Positions 48,053 to 58,837 of a stretch of 64,000 bases of DNA are shown here, in pieces (positions within the stretch are counted from its first letter, which is position 1; every line of letters starts with the position of its first letter). Under the pieces are notes generated by a model that searched no databases, had not been told where the DNA came from, and was given only the letters and a program-made list of their open reading frames with translations. The DNA is taken from IMG/VR virus record IMGVR_UViG_3300029858_000327, one strand, 5' to 3'. Origin of the DNA: a virus. Lineage: Duplodnaviria > Heunggongvirae > Uroviricota > Caudoviricetes. The position numbers and the translations under genes are program-made.

Positions 48053-51000
48053 ATGGCAGGTATATTTTCAGATGTAAGTACTGATATTCAGAAGTTAAGA
48101 CAACTGAAAGCGGAAATCGAGAATGTAAAAAAGGCATTGAAGGGCATAGATGTCAATGTGAAAATTGATATTGCAAAAGGAATGGAAGCCCAACTACAGT
48201 CGTTGATGAAAAAATATGATGCTTTGGTTAAGAAGGTTAGTGAAGCGGAAGGAAAAATTATGAGTTCAACCAAACGCATCAATGATGCCTCAGAAAAGAT
48301 AATCAAGGCGCAAGAACAACTGTCAAAGGCAGCTGGAATGAATACAAAGCCTGATAATGGAAATGCTGACGTTTCATTAAATAATGTAGGCACAGCAAAT
48401 GTACAGGCACAGGCCAAGGCTTATGATGAATTGGCGAAAGAAATAGATTCCGTAATGGGAACACGTTCTCAAAACATTAAGCGGATGATAGATGAACAGA
48501 ATGCTATCCGTTTGATTAACGAGGAAATAAAGAAACTCACCAAATTTCAGACAGGTAATTCGACGCTTACAAACACACAGCAAAAACGATTAGAACAACT
48601 CAACAACTCGTTACTGACACACAAAGCGGCTTTGTCTGATGTACGGCAGACATTAATGAATAATGTCAAATTAGATAATTCCGCAACAACTTCAATGAAC
48701 GGGATTTCTCAGTCGTTATCACGTATGAGGATAGCTTATCGTGAATTGACAGAGGAAGAACGTAATTCACCATTTGGAAAAGAATTGCTTGCATCTATTC
48801 AGCAGGCAGATGCGAAAATTAAGGAACTAGATGCTACAATAGGGAATCACCAAAGGAATGTTGGGAATTACGCTAAAGGATATAACGGCTTGAATATGTC
48901 CGTCCAGCAGATTGTGAGAGAATTGCCATCCGCTGCGATGGGATTAAATATGTTTTTCTTGGCTATTTCAAATAACCTGCCTATTCTGACAGATGAAATT
49001 AAGCGTGCAAAGGCAGCCAATGAAGAATTAAAAGTCTCCGGACAAAAAGGTATTCCTGTTTGGAAACAAGTTGTGTCATCATTATTTAGCTGGCAATCTG
49101 CACTAATGGTAGGTATTACTTTGCTTACGGTTCACGGAGATAAGGTTTGGGAATGGGCTAAGAGGATTATAGTTGGAGAGTCAGCCGCGGAAAAAATGAA
49201 AAAAACGTTGATAGAGTTGAATGAGATAGAGAAAAATGCTTATGCGACTCAAATCAAAACGAGAATGGAGCTTAATGGAATTATTTCTTCAATAGAAAAA
49301 TTCAATGGCACAAAAGAACAGGAGAAACAAAAAATAGATGAATTAAATTCAAAATATGGCTCAATATTTGGCGCTTATAACAATTTGGCGCAATGGTATG
49401 ATGTTTTGATTAATAAAGGAGACGCTTATATTAATTCTTTATTTGCTCAAGCCAAAGCCCAGTCTTACATACAAAAAGCAATGGAAGCAGAACAAAAAAT
49501 TAGAGATATAAAAGCTAATGGAATTGAATCATATAGACCAACTTGGGGAGCTGGTGGACAAGTCTATCAATTCTTTGGCGGAGGTAAAAAGAATCAATAT
49601 GGAAGTGATCCTGCAGAGCTTGCGTATAATGCTGCATTAGCACAAGCGGAGAATGAGAAAAGTAATGCATTAAAAAATGCAGAAGAAGCACAAAGCACGT
49701 ATTTAAATGAAATAAAAAAAGGAGGAATTTTTGATTACAGAACAATTATCAACAAAGATGCCGAGCGACAAAAGAAGGAGCAGCAACAGCTTGCAGAAGA
49801 ACTCCTTCAGCTTCGCAGGAGCAATCAGCAGGAAGAAATCAACCTGATGGAAGAAGGTTCTGAAAAGAAACGCAGACAGATTGAGCTGGATTACCAGCGA
49901 GAAATCGACGAAATTAGGAAACAGCGCAAAAAATGGGAAGATGCACAAGAAGGAAAACTTACGTCTGAGCAGCGGGAAGTATTAGGAAGTCGTGCGTCTA
50001 ATGCCATGACGTCGCGTGAAAAAGGTCTGGCCGAAATTACAGAAACTGAAAATCAAGCTGCAATCGAGGCCAACGAACGTTACCTGAAAAGCTATGGTAC
50101 ATTTATGCAGAAACGTGATGCAATCATAGCCGAGTACACCCGTAAAATCTCAGAGGCCACTACTCAGGGAGACAAGGACATACTCCAAAAAGAAATGGAT
50201 AAGGCACTCTCCTCCCTTGATCTTGAGAAGCTGAAACAGGGAATCAACTGGGAACTTATCTTCGGTGACTTGGACAAGGTATCCAAAAAGTCCCTGAACA
50301 AGGTAAAGCAGCAGCTTAGGGACTTCAAGAACTCCGAAGAATACAAGAATATGGCTGTTGACCAGAAGAAGGTCATTGACGAGGCTTTAAGCAACATCCA
50401 GTCAACCCTTATCGACAAAGGAGGATTGCTGGCCGACCTACCCGAACAGTTAAGCGAATTGGCCAAGGCACAGGAAGAACTGTCACAAGCTCAGGAGGAA
50501 TACAACGAAGCCATGAGAAGCGGAACAGATGAACAGAAGGAAGCGGCCACGAAGAAACTGAATGATGCCCAGAAAAGACAGCAGAACGCTCAGGTCAATG
50601 TACAAAAGTCGACAGATAAAACGACAAGCAACCTTGTCACATTGTCGAACGTCATTACCCAGCTTGGTTCAAACTCTGAAATTTCCCTCTCTCAGGTCGG
50701 TGATTTGGCCGGAAATATAGTAGACATATTTGCAGAAGAGAGCGAGAAACTTGGAGGTATAATTGGAGCTGCATTTTCTCTTTTAGATGCCATCGGGACA
50801 CAGGGGTTGGATGGTTTCATAGGTAACATATTCAGTAGTGTCTTTAAGTCTGTAGGTGGAATATGGGATACCCTGACTTTCGGAGGATTCAGCAAACTCT
50901 TCGGTATTGGAGGAAACGAAAAAGAGGTGCAGGATACAATCAACAGACTCACGGACAGAAACGAAAAGTTGCAGTCTGCCATCGAATCCCTTACAGAAGA

Positions 51001-52051
51001 AATGAAATCCAGCAAGGGAAGCGAGAAATCCGTAGCAGAGTACAATAAAGCCATCAAGTATCAGGAGGAATACAACAAGAATGTCCTTTCAAAAGCGCAG
51101 GCCAATGCTGGCTATCACAGTAAACATCATAGCTGGGCCTATTACATGGGCTGGTCGGAAAGTGACATACAATGGATTCGGGAAAATGTCATGGCAGAGT
51201 TCACAGGTACAGATTCCTTGTGGCAGATGTCTCCGGAGCAGATGGATTTATTACGTCAGAATGTGGATTTGTGGCAGAAAATGGCCGATTCAGGGAAAGG
51301 AGGCTATGGGAATGGTGTCGTTGAAGCACTAGGTGAATATGCAGATCTGGCCGGAAACCTCGAAGAACTGAAAGAAGGGCTTTTCGAACAGCTTACCGGA
51401 ATAAGTTTTGATTCCATGTATGACAGTTTCATAGATACTCTCATGGATATGGATGCCTCGGCGGAAGATTTTGCGGATAACCTATCCGAATACTTTATGC
51501 GTGCCATGCTTTCAGATAAAATCGGTAACATGTACAGCCAGAAGCTGGAAGACTGGTGGAACAGATTCGGTGAAAGTATGAAGGACGGAAACCTGAGTGA
51601 GAGTGAACGTAATTCACTCCAAAACGAATATATGGGGTACGTGAATGAAGCATTGAAACTACGGGATGAACTTGCCGCAGCTACCGGATACGACAAGGCT
51701 GGCAGCAGTTCCCAGCAGTCGGCCTCCAGCCGCGGATTCGGTACGGAAATGACGCACGAGGATGCCGGAGAACTGAGCGGTCGGTTCACTGCCGTGTATG
51801 AGTCCAATCTTCGTATTGAGACGGCAGAACAGCAGCAAACGATAGCTATTACCGAACTGCGAGGCTCCATCAGTGCCTTGACATCACAAGTGACCGGCCT
51901 ATACAACATCGCCGACGAGACACGTACTATCCTGGCCAATTCCTATTTGGAGTTACAGCAAATCAGAGAGAACACAGGCGAAATTGTCAAACCTATCAAA
52001 CAGATGCAGGCCGACATTGCCGAAGTGAAACGTAATACAGCAAGATTATGA
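48053..52051 (+). CDS. tail tape measure protein
   Basis: 1332 aa. Long coiled-coil with a central hydrophobic segment. Lies before the distal tail genes. Confidence 0.75.
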   Translation: MAGIFSDVSTDIQKLRQLKAEIENVKKALKGIDVNVKIDIAKGMEAQLQSLMKKYDALVKKVSEAEGKIMSSTKRINDASEKIIKAQEQLSKAAGMNTKPDNGNADVSLNNVGTANVQAQAKAYDELAKEIDSVMGTRSQNIKRMIDEQNAIRLINEEIKKLTKFQTGNSTLTNTQQKRLEQLNNSLLTHKAALSDVRQTLMNNVKLDNSATTSMNGISQSLSRMRIAYRELTEEERNSPFGKELLASIQQADAKIKELDATIGNHQRNVGNYAKGYNGLNMSVQQIVRELPSAAMGLNMFFLAISNNLPILTDEIKRAKAANEELKVSGQKGIPVWKQVVSSLFSWQSALMVGITLLTVHGDKVWEWAKRIIVGESAAEKMKKTLIELNEIEKNAYATQIKTRMELNGIISSIEKFNGTKEQEKQKIDELNSKYGSIFGAYNNLAQWYDVLINKGDAYINSLFAQAKAQSYIQKAMEAEQKIRDIKANGIESYRPTWGAGGQVYQFFGGGKKNQYGSDPAELAYNAALAQAENEKSNALKNAEEAQSTYLNEIKKGGIFDYRTIINKDAERQKKEQQQLAEELLQLRRSNQQEEINLMEEGSEKKRRQIELDYQREIDEIRKQRKKWEDAQEGKLTSEQREVLGSRASNAMTSREKGLAEITETENQAAIEANERYLKSYGTFMQKRDAIIAEYTRKISEATTQGDKDILQKEMDKALSSLDLEKLKQGINWELIFGDLDKVSKKSLNKVKQQLRDFKNSEEYKNMAVDQKKVIDEALSNIQSTLIDKGGLLADLPEQLSELAKAQEELSQAQEEYNEAMRSGTDEQKEAATKKLNDAQKRQQNAQVNVQKSTDKTTSNLVTLSNVITQLGSNSEISLSQVGDLAGNIVDIFAEESEKLGGIIGAAFSLLDAIGTQGLDGFIGNIFSSVFKSVGGIWDTLTFGGFSKLFGIGGNEKEVQDTINRLTDRNEKLQSAIESLTEEMKSSKGSEKSVAEYNKAIKYQEEYNKNVLSKAQANAGYHSKHHSWAYYMGWSESDIQWIRENVMAEFTGTDSLWQMSPEQMDLLRQNVDLWQKMADSGKGGYGNGVVEALGEYADLAGNLEELKEGLFEQLTGISFDSMYDSFIDTLMDMDASAEDFADNLSEYFMRAMLSDKIGNMYSQKLEDWWNRFGESMKDGNLSESERNSLQNEYMGYVNEALKLRDELAAATGYDKAGSSSQQSASSRGFGTEMTHEDAGELSGRFTAVYESNLRIETAEQQQTIAITELRGSISALTSQVTGLYNIADETRTILANSYLELQQIRENTGEIVKPIKQMQADIAEVKRNTARL

Positions 52052-52470
52052 CAGGAGATTTATTTATTAACGGGAAGGATGCCTGGAGCACATGGGGTGT
52101 CCGCATGGGTGACGGTTTTCTCGATGCTATCGACGGATTCAATCAGATGAAAGACTACATTGAAGATGAGAGCCGTCTGGAGCACGGGAAGCGAATAATA
52201 ACCGAAAATGCAAAAGTAGCATCGCGTGAAATCACTCTCCAGTTCACAATAGAAGGAGGCTCAGAAGGTGACTATCGGACAAAGAAGAAAGCCTTTCAGT
52301 CAGAACTGGAGAAGGGAGCCGTAAACATCAAAATCCCCGCTCTTGGGAGCGAAGTCTTCAAGCTGGTTTACCTGGGGAAAAGCATCTCTTACGGGTTAAG
52401 TATTGACAGGTGTTTCGGTAAGGTTTCAAGTAAGTTTTGCGAACCGAATCCCATGGACAGAAGCGAATAA
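52048..52470 (+). CDS. distal tail protein (putative)
   Basis: 140 aa, overlaps the tape measure stop. Confidence 0.4.
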   Translation: MTGDLFINGKDAWSTWGVRMGDGFLDAIDGFNQMKDYIEDESRLEHGKRIITENAKVASREITLQFTIEGGSEGDYRTKKKAFQSELEKGAVNIKIPALGSEVFKLVYLGKSISYGLSIDRCFGKVSSKFCEPNPMDRSE

Positions 52471-52523
52471 CAAACATTTCCTTTATTGTTTCAAATGGAA
52501 GTCCGGATTTTTAGGGCTTCCAT

Positions 52524-55500
52524 TTGTTATTTATGAACTTTGGGGATATGATTGAAATTAAGGACATATCCGGAAAAACAAGGTTCTCTACCCCTATCAA
52601 CAAAGGGGCGAAGGGAAAGTTTACACTGATGAAAGAGGACTACATCGTTCTCCCCTTTTCCGTGCCTGAACCTATATATTTTAAACTTGGTGACTATGTA
52701 GACCTTTCTGGGGTTCTGGATGATTCTCTGGGCGGATTACTTTCAAAAGCATATGAGGTAACTGACTTGCAGAAACCTTCTTTCAATGCTTCTACCGCTG
52801 GATATGATTATGAGCTGAAACTGGATGCTTACTACTGGAAGTGGAAAAACAAAATTTTCAAATACACTCCTGAACATGCTGGATATGAAGCGTCATGGTC
52901 TCTCACCGCAGCCCTTGATGTACAGCTTGGTGTGTTCTTACGTAACCTGAAAGCTTTGGGATATACCTATAAGGGAAAAGAATTCGTATTTGAAATAGAT
53001 TCAACAGTAGAGAATAAGGCAGTTGCAATGACGTATGACAATATGAACCTGCTGGATGCCTTATTCTCAATGGCGGGTGAGGATAAGTGGAACTGTGATT
53101 GCTGGATAACGGACAACGTAATTCATTTTGGGCGAAACGAATTCGGTGATGCCGTGAAAATCGAGTTAGGGGCTGAAGCGTCTGCCATGACTCGCAGTGA
53201 GAGCAAAGGCACTTATGCCACCCGCATTTATGCATTCGGATCTACAAGAAACATACCTGAGAACTACCGTTCCATTGAAGAGCAGACGGTAGTAAACGGA
53301 GTTGTGCAAAGACGACTTATGCTTCCCGCTGGTACGCCATACATAGATGTGTATCCTGACATGAGCCAGGAAGAAGCAATTGAAGACATCGTGGTATTTG
53401 ACGAGGTATATCCCCGACTTGAAAGTACGATGTCAAGTGTATCTACGAGGACGGAAACCGTTACAAATGAAGACGGAGGTCAGGAAACCGTGACTTACTA
53501 TCGCTATCGTGATACTGGCCTGAATTTCTCCAAGGACTACATACTTCCGGGACAAGAGCTGACAATTATCTTTCAGTCCGGCAAAATGAATGGATTGGAG
53601 TTCGGTGTTATTTTTGACCCGGACAACAACGGAAGCCAGCTTTGGGAAATTGTCCGCAGCGAAGACTACGGACGTCCATTGCCGGATGATACCATATATC
53701 CTGAAAATGATGACAAGTATATCCTTTCCGGTTTTGATCCAAAGTTTGTTTCTGTACAAATGATTCCGGACGCGGAGCAGGAACTGAAAGAGAAGGCACA
53801 GAAGATAGCAGACCAGCGAAAAAAGGACGATGGTACATACTACACTACCCTCCGGTCAGAATGGGTTAATGAAGACAAGCTGAAACGCTTTTTCGAGTTC
53901 GGGCAAAAGATAAACCTGGTCAATAAAGCCTTTTTTGAGAATGGCCGTGAAAGCCGTGTTCTCGGATGGGAGTTTAACCTTGACATTCCATGGGATTCTC
54001 CGGTATATACTATTGGGGAAAGTATGCCCTACTCTCGCCTTAATGATGTGGAAGAGAAACTGGAGTCGATTACGTATAAAGGGCATACTTATGTTGGAGG
54101 CGGAGGAAGTAGCATATATGTGATTAAGACCAATGATTCTACTGCCCCATCGGACAGTAACGTATTTTCGGCAAAACGGTCACTTGCAACATTATTGAGA
54201 AAGGACAAGGAAGACCAGACAAACTATCTCATTAAGCTTCTTGGCGGTATCATATCTCCTTTCCTGGAATCAATTGACTTCGTGACCGGAATGATGGGTG
54301 CTGGTATGTCATTCTCTTCAGAAAAGGGCGGCGAGTCTGTCGGATGGATTGACAAACTGTACGTGCGCAAGAAAGCTATCTTCCAGTTACTTTCAATAAT
54401 GGAGACCGAGCTGGCCGGAGCTTCCTTCATGTTCAACGCCAGCGGGGCCAGAGCAACGATTACTAAGGTCGAGTTTATAGAAAAAAAGGGAATTCGTTTC
54501 AAGGATGGTAAAGGAGTCAAGTTCTCAGACGGGAAAAGAGGTTACTCATCTCCTGGAACTTATGGTTCTGTTTATCGCTGTTACTTCCTTGCAGATGATG
54601 GTGAGAAAGCCATAGAAAATCGTTTTAAGCCAGGGAATTTAGTACGCTCACAGTCCTTTAATATTAAGGAAGGCGCGTATGACGGCGTATCCAATCACTA
54701 TTGGTGGCGTCTGGTGGAAAATGTTGGTGATAACTGGATAGAGGTATCCGTGAATCATTGTGACGAAGGCAGCGACATACCGGCAGTTGGAGATGTGATG
54801 GTACAACTTGGAGACGTATCGGATACAGATTTTCAGGCTGCAATCGTGTTGTCTGCATACGGAGACGGTGCGCCTTCTCTTACCTTCTATCAGGGGATAA
54901 GTTCTTACTCCCTCTCCGGGAAAGATATAGTTTCAATCGGATATGATCGTCTAACTAAAGAAGGATACTTTAATGTTTATGGAAAGACATATATCGGTAA
55001 TAGGGACAAGACAAATTATATCAGACTTGCTTCTGGAGAAATAGAGGTACGTGCAGCAAGAATATTGTTGTCAAATGGTGAAAGCGTTGTAGATGTAGCA
55101 GAGAAAAATATCTCAATTAAACTTGGTGCTACGGGTATTGACATCGAAAAAAATGAGATTGTTATTTCTTCAGATAAGTTTAAAATTAAAAGTTCTGAAG
55201 GGAAAGGAATAGCCGTGTTTACGGTTAAAAATGGGAAACCACTTCTTCTTACAGAGTGCATAGATGTAAACTCGTTAAAAGTGAAACATCTGGATGGTGC
55301 AGACGGTACATTTTCGGGTGAACTGAAAGCCGCTAAAGGTACTTTTTCTGGAACAATATCTGCCGATGGTGCTAAGATTGGAGGTTTCACTATAGACAAC
55401 GGTTCCTTGAATTGGAAGGGAAGGGATTTTTTCGGCAATGATAGCAGGAGTATACGGATTGGTGTTCCTACGGATGATAACAGTGGTATGATTGACATAA

Positions 55501-55832
55501 ACTTCAATGGTGCGACTGACGGGAAATTTGGGGTTAAAGTAATTGGAAGCAATGACGGTGGAGCATGTATCTATGCTTCAAGGAACGGTACTAGCAAGCC
55601 ACATAGTTCTAATACTTATGCCGGATATTTTGACGGAGGAGTACATGTAAACGGAAATCTTTATACCAATACGATATTGTCTAATGAGTTCGGTACCGGA
55701 TGGTCATTGCAAGCCGATGGATCATATACATACAAAAAAGGAGCAACGAGAACAATATCATGGACTATACAGAATGGTTCGATACCTTCAACGTATAAAC
55801 TGGTTTTTGAAAATGGAATTTTAGTCGATTAA
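52524..55832 (+). CDS. large tail / baseplate hub or host-specificity protein
   Basis: 1102 aa, after the distal tail protein. Confidence 0.5.
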   Translation: MLFMNFGDMIEIKDISGKTRFSTPINKGAKGKFTLMKEDYIVLPFSVPEPIYFKLGDYVDLSGVLDDSLGGLLSKAYEVTDLQKPSFNASTAGYDYELKLDAYYWKWKNKIFKYTPEHAGYEASWSLTAALDVQLGVFLRNLKALGYTYKGKEFVFEIDSTVENKAVAMTYDNMNLLDALFSMAGEDKWNCDCWITDNVIHFGRNEFGDAVKIELGAEASAMTRSESKGTYATRIYAFGSTRNIPENYRSIEEQTVVNGVVQRRLMLPAGTPYIDVYPDMSQEEAIEDIVVFDEVYPRLESTMSSVSTRTETVTNEDGGQETVTYYRYRDTGLNFSKDYILPGQELTIIFQSGKMNGLEFGVIFDPDNNGSQLWEIVRSEDYGRPLPDDTIYPENDDKYILSGFDPKFVSVQMIPDAEQELKEKAQKIADQRKKDDGTYYTTLRSEWVNEDKLKRFFEFGQKINLVNKAFFENGRESRVLGWEFNLDIPWDSPVYTIGESMPYSRLNDVEEKLESITYKGHTYVGGGGSSIYVIKTNDSTAPSDSNVFSAKRSLATLLRKDKEDQTNYLIKLLGGIISPFLESIDFVTGMMGAGMSFSSEKGGESVGWIDKLYVRKKAIFQLLSIMETELAGASFMFNASGARATITKVEFIEKKGIRFKDGKGVKFSDGKRGYSSPGTYGSVYRCYFLADDGEKAIENRFKPGNLVRSQSFNIKEGAYDGVSNHYWWRLVENVGDNWIEVSVNHCDEGSDIPAVGDVMVQLGDVSDTDFQAAIVLSAYGDGAPSLTFYQGISSYSLSGKDIVSIGYDRLTKEGYFNVYGKTYIGNRDKTNYIRLASGEIEVRAARILLSNGESVVDVAEKNISIKLGATGIDIEKNEIVISSDKFKIKSSEGKGIAVFTVKNGKPLLLTECIDVNSLKVKHLDGADGTFSGELKAAKGTFSGTISADGAKIGGFTIDNGSLNWKGRDFFGNDSRSIRIGVPTDDNSGMIDINFNGATDGKFGVKVIGSNDGGACIYASRNGTSKPHSSNTYAGYFDGGVHVNGNLYTNTILSNEFGTGWSLQADGSYTYKKGATRTISWTIQNGSIPSTYKLVFENGILVD

Positions 55833-55834
55833 TC

Positions 55835-56095
55835 ATGAAAATAGATTTTAAGCAATTTAAGAAGTACACGAAGATAGATAAATCTGAATTCGTGGAGATT
55901 GATGTCAGAGAAATGTTTGCAGATAACATTTTCAATGTGACAGGAGTTGGTATTGCTGATTTAAAATTGGCTGAGAAAATTTTTTCCAGCGATGACGATA
56001 CCGAATTTTCAGATGATGAAGTTAACAGGGTAAGACATCATGCAGCGTCGCTTCTTCCATGGTTTCTTGCTGGGCTTAATGATGCAATGAGATAA
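55835..56095 (+). CDS. hypothetical protein
   Basis: 86 aa. Confidence 0.3.
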   Translation: MKIDFKQFKKYTKIDKSEFVEIDVREMFADNIFNVTGVGIADLKLAEKIFSSDDDTEFSDDEVNRVRHHAASLLPWFLAGLNDAMR

Positions 56096-56148
56096 TTATA
56101 ATATACAATGTTGGTAATATCATTAATAACTATAAATTAAAAACAATT

Positions 56149-56757
56149 ATGGCAGCAGAAGAAGATTTTGTATTAAGCTTTACAGGTGAAGAAACTGACA
56201 ATCTATTGAAACATACAGAAAGTATGAAGAATCAGACAACGGAAGAAGATGGTGAAACGGTACAGGTGTACGATACAAACGGCGTGCCGCATAAGGTGTC
56301 GAAAACGGAGCTGCTGAAGAAGTCTACACTGGCTCTTCCAGAGCTGGAAGACATATCCGCTTTTGTGGCTGTTAATGCCGCCGGAAATGCTATCGGATTG
56401 ATGACAAAAGAGCAGGTTGCGTCAGTCCTGGCGGGACTAACTGTTAGAAAGATGGAGTTAGGCTGGCTGACAGGATATACAAAATTAACGGATTATGCAG
56501 ACTTTGGTACAATGCTTATATATATTACTGGTGATAATAGGCAATCATTAATAATGCTTTGCGATATTCAAAGAGTGATAATGTTACATGATGAACATAG
56601 AGATGATGAATTAGCTGTATACAGGAAAGAGGATGGAGGATATTATCTATATACAGCTAGTTATAACTTATATGCATATATTATTAGCTCTTCGTTTACT
56701 CTATCTATTGTTAAAGGACAAGATGGCAACGGGCTTATTAAAATCAATAGGGCCTAA
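56149..56757 (+). CDS. hypothetical protein
   Basis: 202 aa. Confidence 0.4.
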   Translation: MAAEEDFVLSFTGEETDNLLKHTESMKNQTTEEDGETVQVYDTNGVPHKVSKTELLKKSTLALPELEDISAFVAVNAAGNAIGLMTKEQVASVLAGLTVRKMELGWLTGYTKLTDYADFGTMLIYITGDNRQSLIMLCDIQRVIMLHDEHRDDELAVYRKEDGGYYLYTASYNLYAYIISSSFTLSIVKGQDGNGLIKINRA

Positions 56758-57365
56758 TATTATAATCGAGTCCATTTAAACTATGATTAAAATTCTCTCC
56801 ACTCTCCCCATGAATTACCACCATTAGAAGACATACGGGTAAACCGTTTATTGTCATATATGGACATTGCTATTTGCGTGTGATATTCACCTTGACTGAA
56901 ATATAATAAATTCCCATAAGTGAATAAATTGAAGTTAATAGTTCCTAGAGATATATTAATCATATATACCCTATTACTCAAACAATTATCCGGATTTATG
57001 ACAATACCACTATCCCTGAACCAAGTATTGTTAATCCCAATAAGTTCCGCCAGGACTTATGGGTATGAATGAAAACAACTGAAATAAAGAAAGCTGTATT
57101 GAAAATTATTTGAGTGGTAGAAATTGGGTAGAAAATAGTAACTAGCTTGCTTATTCTACCCGGCTTCTACCAACTTACTGACAAGGCGTGTCAGTCAATT
57201 TGAAACCTTTTATTCTTTGTTCGTTTTTATATCATTTACCTTCGCTGAAAAAGGATGGTAAATGAGTAGTTTTGTGTGTGAAATAGTAGTTACGCCCATG
57301 AGCGTGTTCCATTAAGTTGGGATGCGCTTGTGGGCATTTTTTGTTTAATCTAAAACCTTAGTAAG

Positions 57366-57770
57366 ATGAAAAGATTCGTTTTCATGATGGTCGCACTGCT
57401 GATGTGCGTAGTGAGTGTTTTCGCGGAGACTTCCGTTAGTGTAGAACCTTCCGTTCCGGAGTTCCTGACCGGATTTGCCAGCTTCACCGGGCTTGTTACG
57501 GTCGTGGTTCCTGCTGTAGTAGGATTTATCGCTTCGAAGCTATCCAATCCTATGAATAAGTGGGTGACTATGTGGGTAACTGCTGTAGTTGGTGTAATCG
57601 TTACCTTCTTCAGTTGGTGGATGAATCTCGGTTTCCCTCCGGCAGATGCAAGCGTCTGGGTTGTGGTGATTGATGCGTTGTTTGTCGCCCTGGCATCTAC
57701 TGGTATCGTGTCGGTTGTAACAAGTGAATGGCTGTCCAGGTTGTTCGGTGGTAAGGTAAATAAGGAGTGA
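57366..57770 (+). CDS. membrane protein, holin-like (putative)
   Basis: 134 aa. Signal/TM plus 2-3 further TM helices. Confidence 0.35.
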   Translation: MKRFVFMMVALLMCVVSVFAETSVSVEPSVPEFLTGFASFTGLVTVVVPAVVGFIASKLSNPMNKWVTMWVTAVVGVIVTFFSWWMNLGFPPADASVWVVVIDALFVALASTGIVSVVTSEWLSRLFGGKVNKE

Positions 57771-58264
57771 TGCAGAACCTTATAACCGTCATAGCCCCGC
57801 AGATTCTTGTTGCCGGGGCTTACTCCTTCATTGGAGAAATTAAGGAAGTAGTCTTCGAGCTTCGTTGGATGCTGGCTTTTATCGTTGTGATGATTGTGGC
57901 CGACTTTGTTCTGGGAATCATCGACAGCGTGGTTAAGCGGGGCGAGGATTTCCGCTTTTCCCGTGCTGGCCGACGTACCGTGTGCAAGTTCATTGAGTAT
58001 AATTCATACCTTGTTGTTGGGTTCATGCTGGGCATTGCAATTCTTCAGCCGGTTGGCATCTGTTCCTATACAATCAGTTCTATCTGCGGGCTGGGGTTGG
58101 CTTTCATTTTCGAATTTGACAGTATTATGGAGCATATATGCACAATTCATGGTATCAAGAACAAGGTTTCCATTAAGCGCCTGCTGGTGGGCTACATTAA
58201 AAAGAAGTACACAACGGCTGGCGAAATTATCGAAAAAGTTACAAAGGATGAAGAAGACAGATAG
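57767..58264 (+). CDS. membrane protein, holin-like (putative)
   Basis: 165 aa, multiple TM helices. Overlaps the previous gene. Confidence 0.35.
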   Translation: MMQNLITVIAPQILVAGAYSFIGEIKEVVFELRWMLAFIVVMIVADFVLGIIDSVVKRGEDFRFSRAGRRTVCKFIEYNSYLVVGFMLGIAILQPVGICSYTISSICGLGLAFIFEFDSIMEHICTIHGIKNKVSIKRLLVGYIKKKYTTAGEIIEKVTKDEEDR

Positions 58265-58339
58265 ACGCCTGATAGCGGAAATCATCTACTCCGTAATCAT
58301 AATATTACTTATGACAATAAGTTTCATGACCTAGTTGAT

Positions 58340-58825
58340 ATGAGAAAGATAAGGATAGGGAAAGATATATACTTCACCTGGCAGATACTCACGAACAAGG
58401 AGCCTGTTCCACTGGAAGGAAGGGACTTGAAACTCATGCTGAAGAATCCTCTAGGCAGATTTCTCGATTTCCATTTTGAGATATATCAGGGAAACAAGCT
58501 GAAATTTACTTTTCATGGAACGGACCACAAACACCTTGGTACGTATTCGCTGACTTTGTGGGAGAACTATGGTAAGGAAGGACAGACTGCCGTTGACATG
58601 TGTGAGGCTTTCAGGCTTGTTGCAACAACTTGTGAAGAGGACAGCATAAGTGTCCCTAACCTTGAAATGGCCACCGTCAACCTTGGTGCTTCTTCCATTG
58701 ACATATCAACCGGTGGAAGCATTCCCATTCCCGATGCGCCAAAAGACGGGAAGATATACGGCCGGAAGGATGGAGAATGGGAGGAGATAACAGAAGCAGT
58801 ATGGAATGAAGAAACAAACAGTTAA
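58340..58825 (+). CDS. hypothetical protein
   Basis: 161 aa. Confidence 0.35.
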   Translation: MRKIRIGKDIYFTWQILTNKEPVPLEGRDLKLMLKNPLGRFLDFHFEIYQGNKLKFTFHGTDHKHLGTYSLTLWENYGKEGQTAVDMCEAFRLVATTCEEDSISVPNLEMATVNLGASSIDISTGGSIPIPDAPKDGKIYGRKDGEWEEITEAVWNEETNS

Positions 58826-58837
58826 AATCAGACTTTT

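Noticed and set aside
48088-51939. Numerous antisense ORFs inside the tape measure gene (for example 48088-48417, 50692-51057, 51304-51939 on the minus strand)
   Set aside because: They are entirely embedded antisense in a long, well-supported gene. Typical reading-frame noise of repetitive coiled-coil coding sequence.
52903-55552. Antisense ORFs within the large tail protein gene (52903-53235, 53433-53838, 54224-54520, 55016-55552)
   Set aside because: Embedded antisense in the 1102-aa tail gene.
56787-56981. 64-aa minus-strand ORF between the tail genes and the holin-like genes
   Set aside because: Isolated, no RBS-like context. Lies in a structured non-coding region. Could be real but unsupported.
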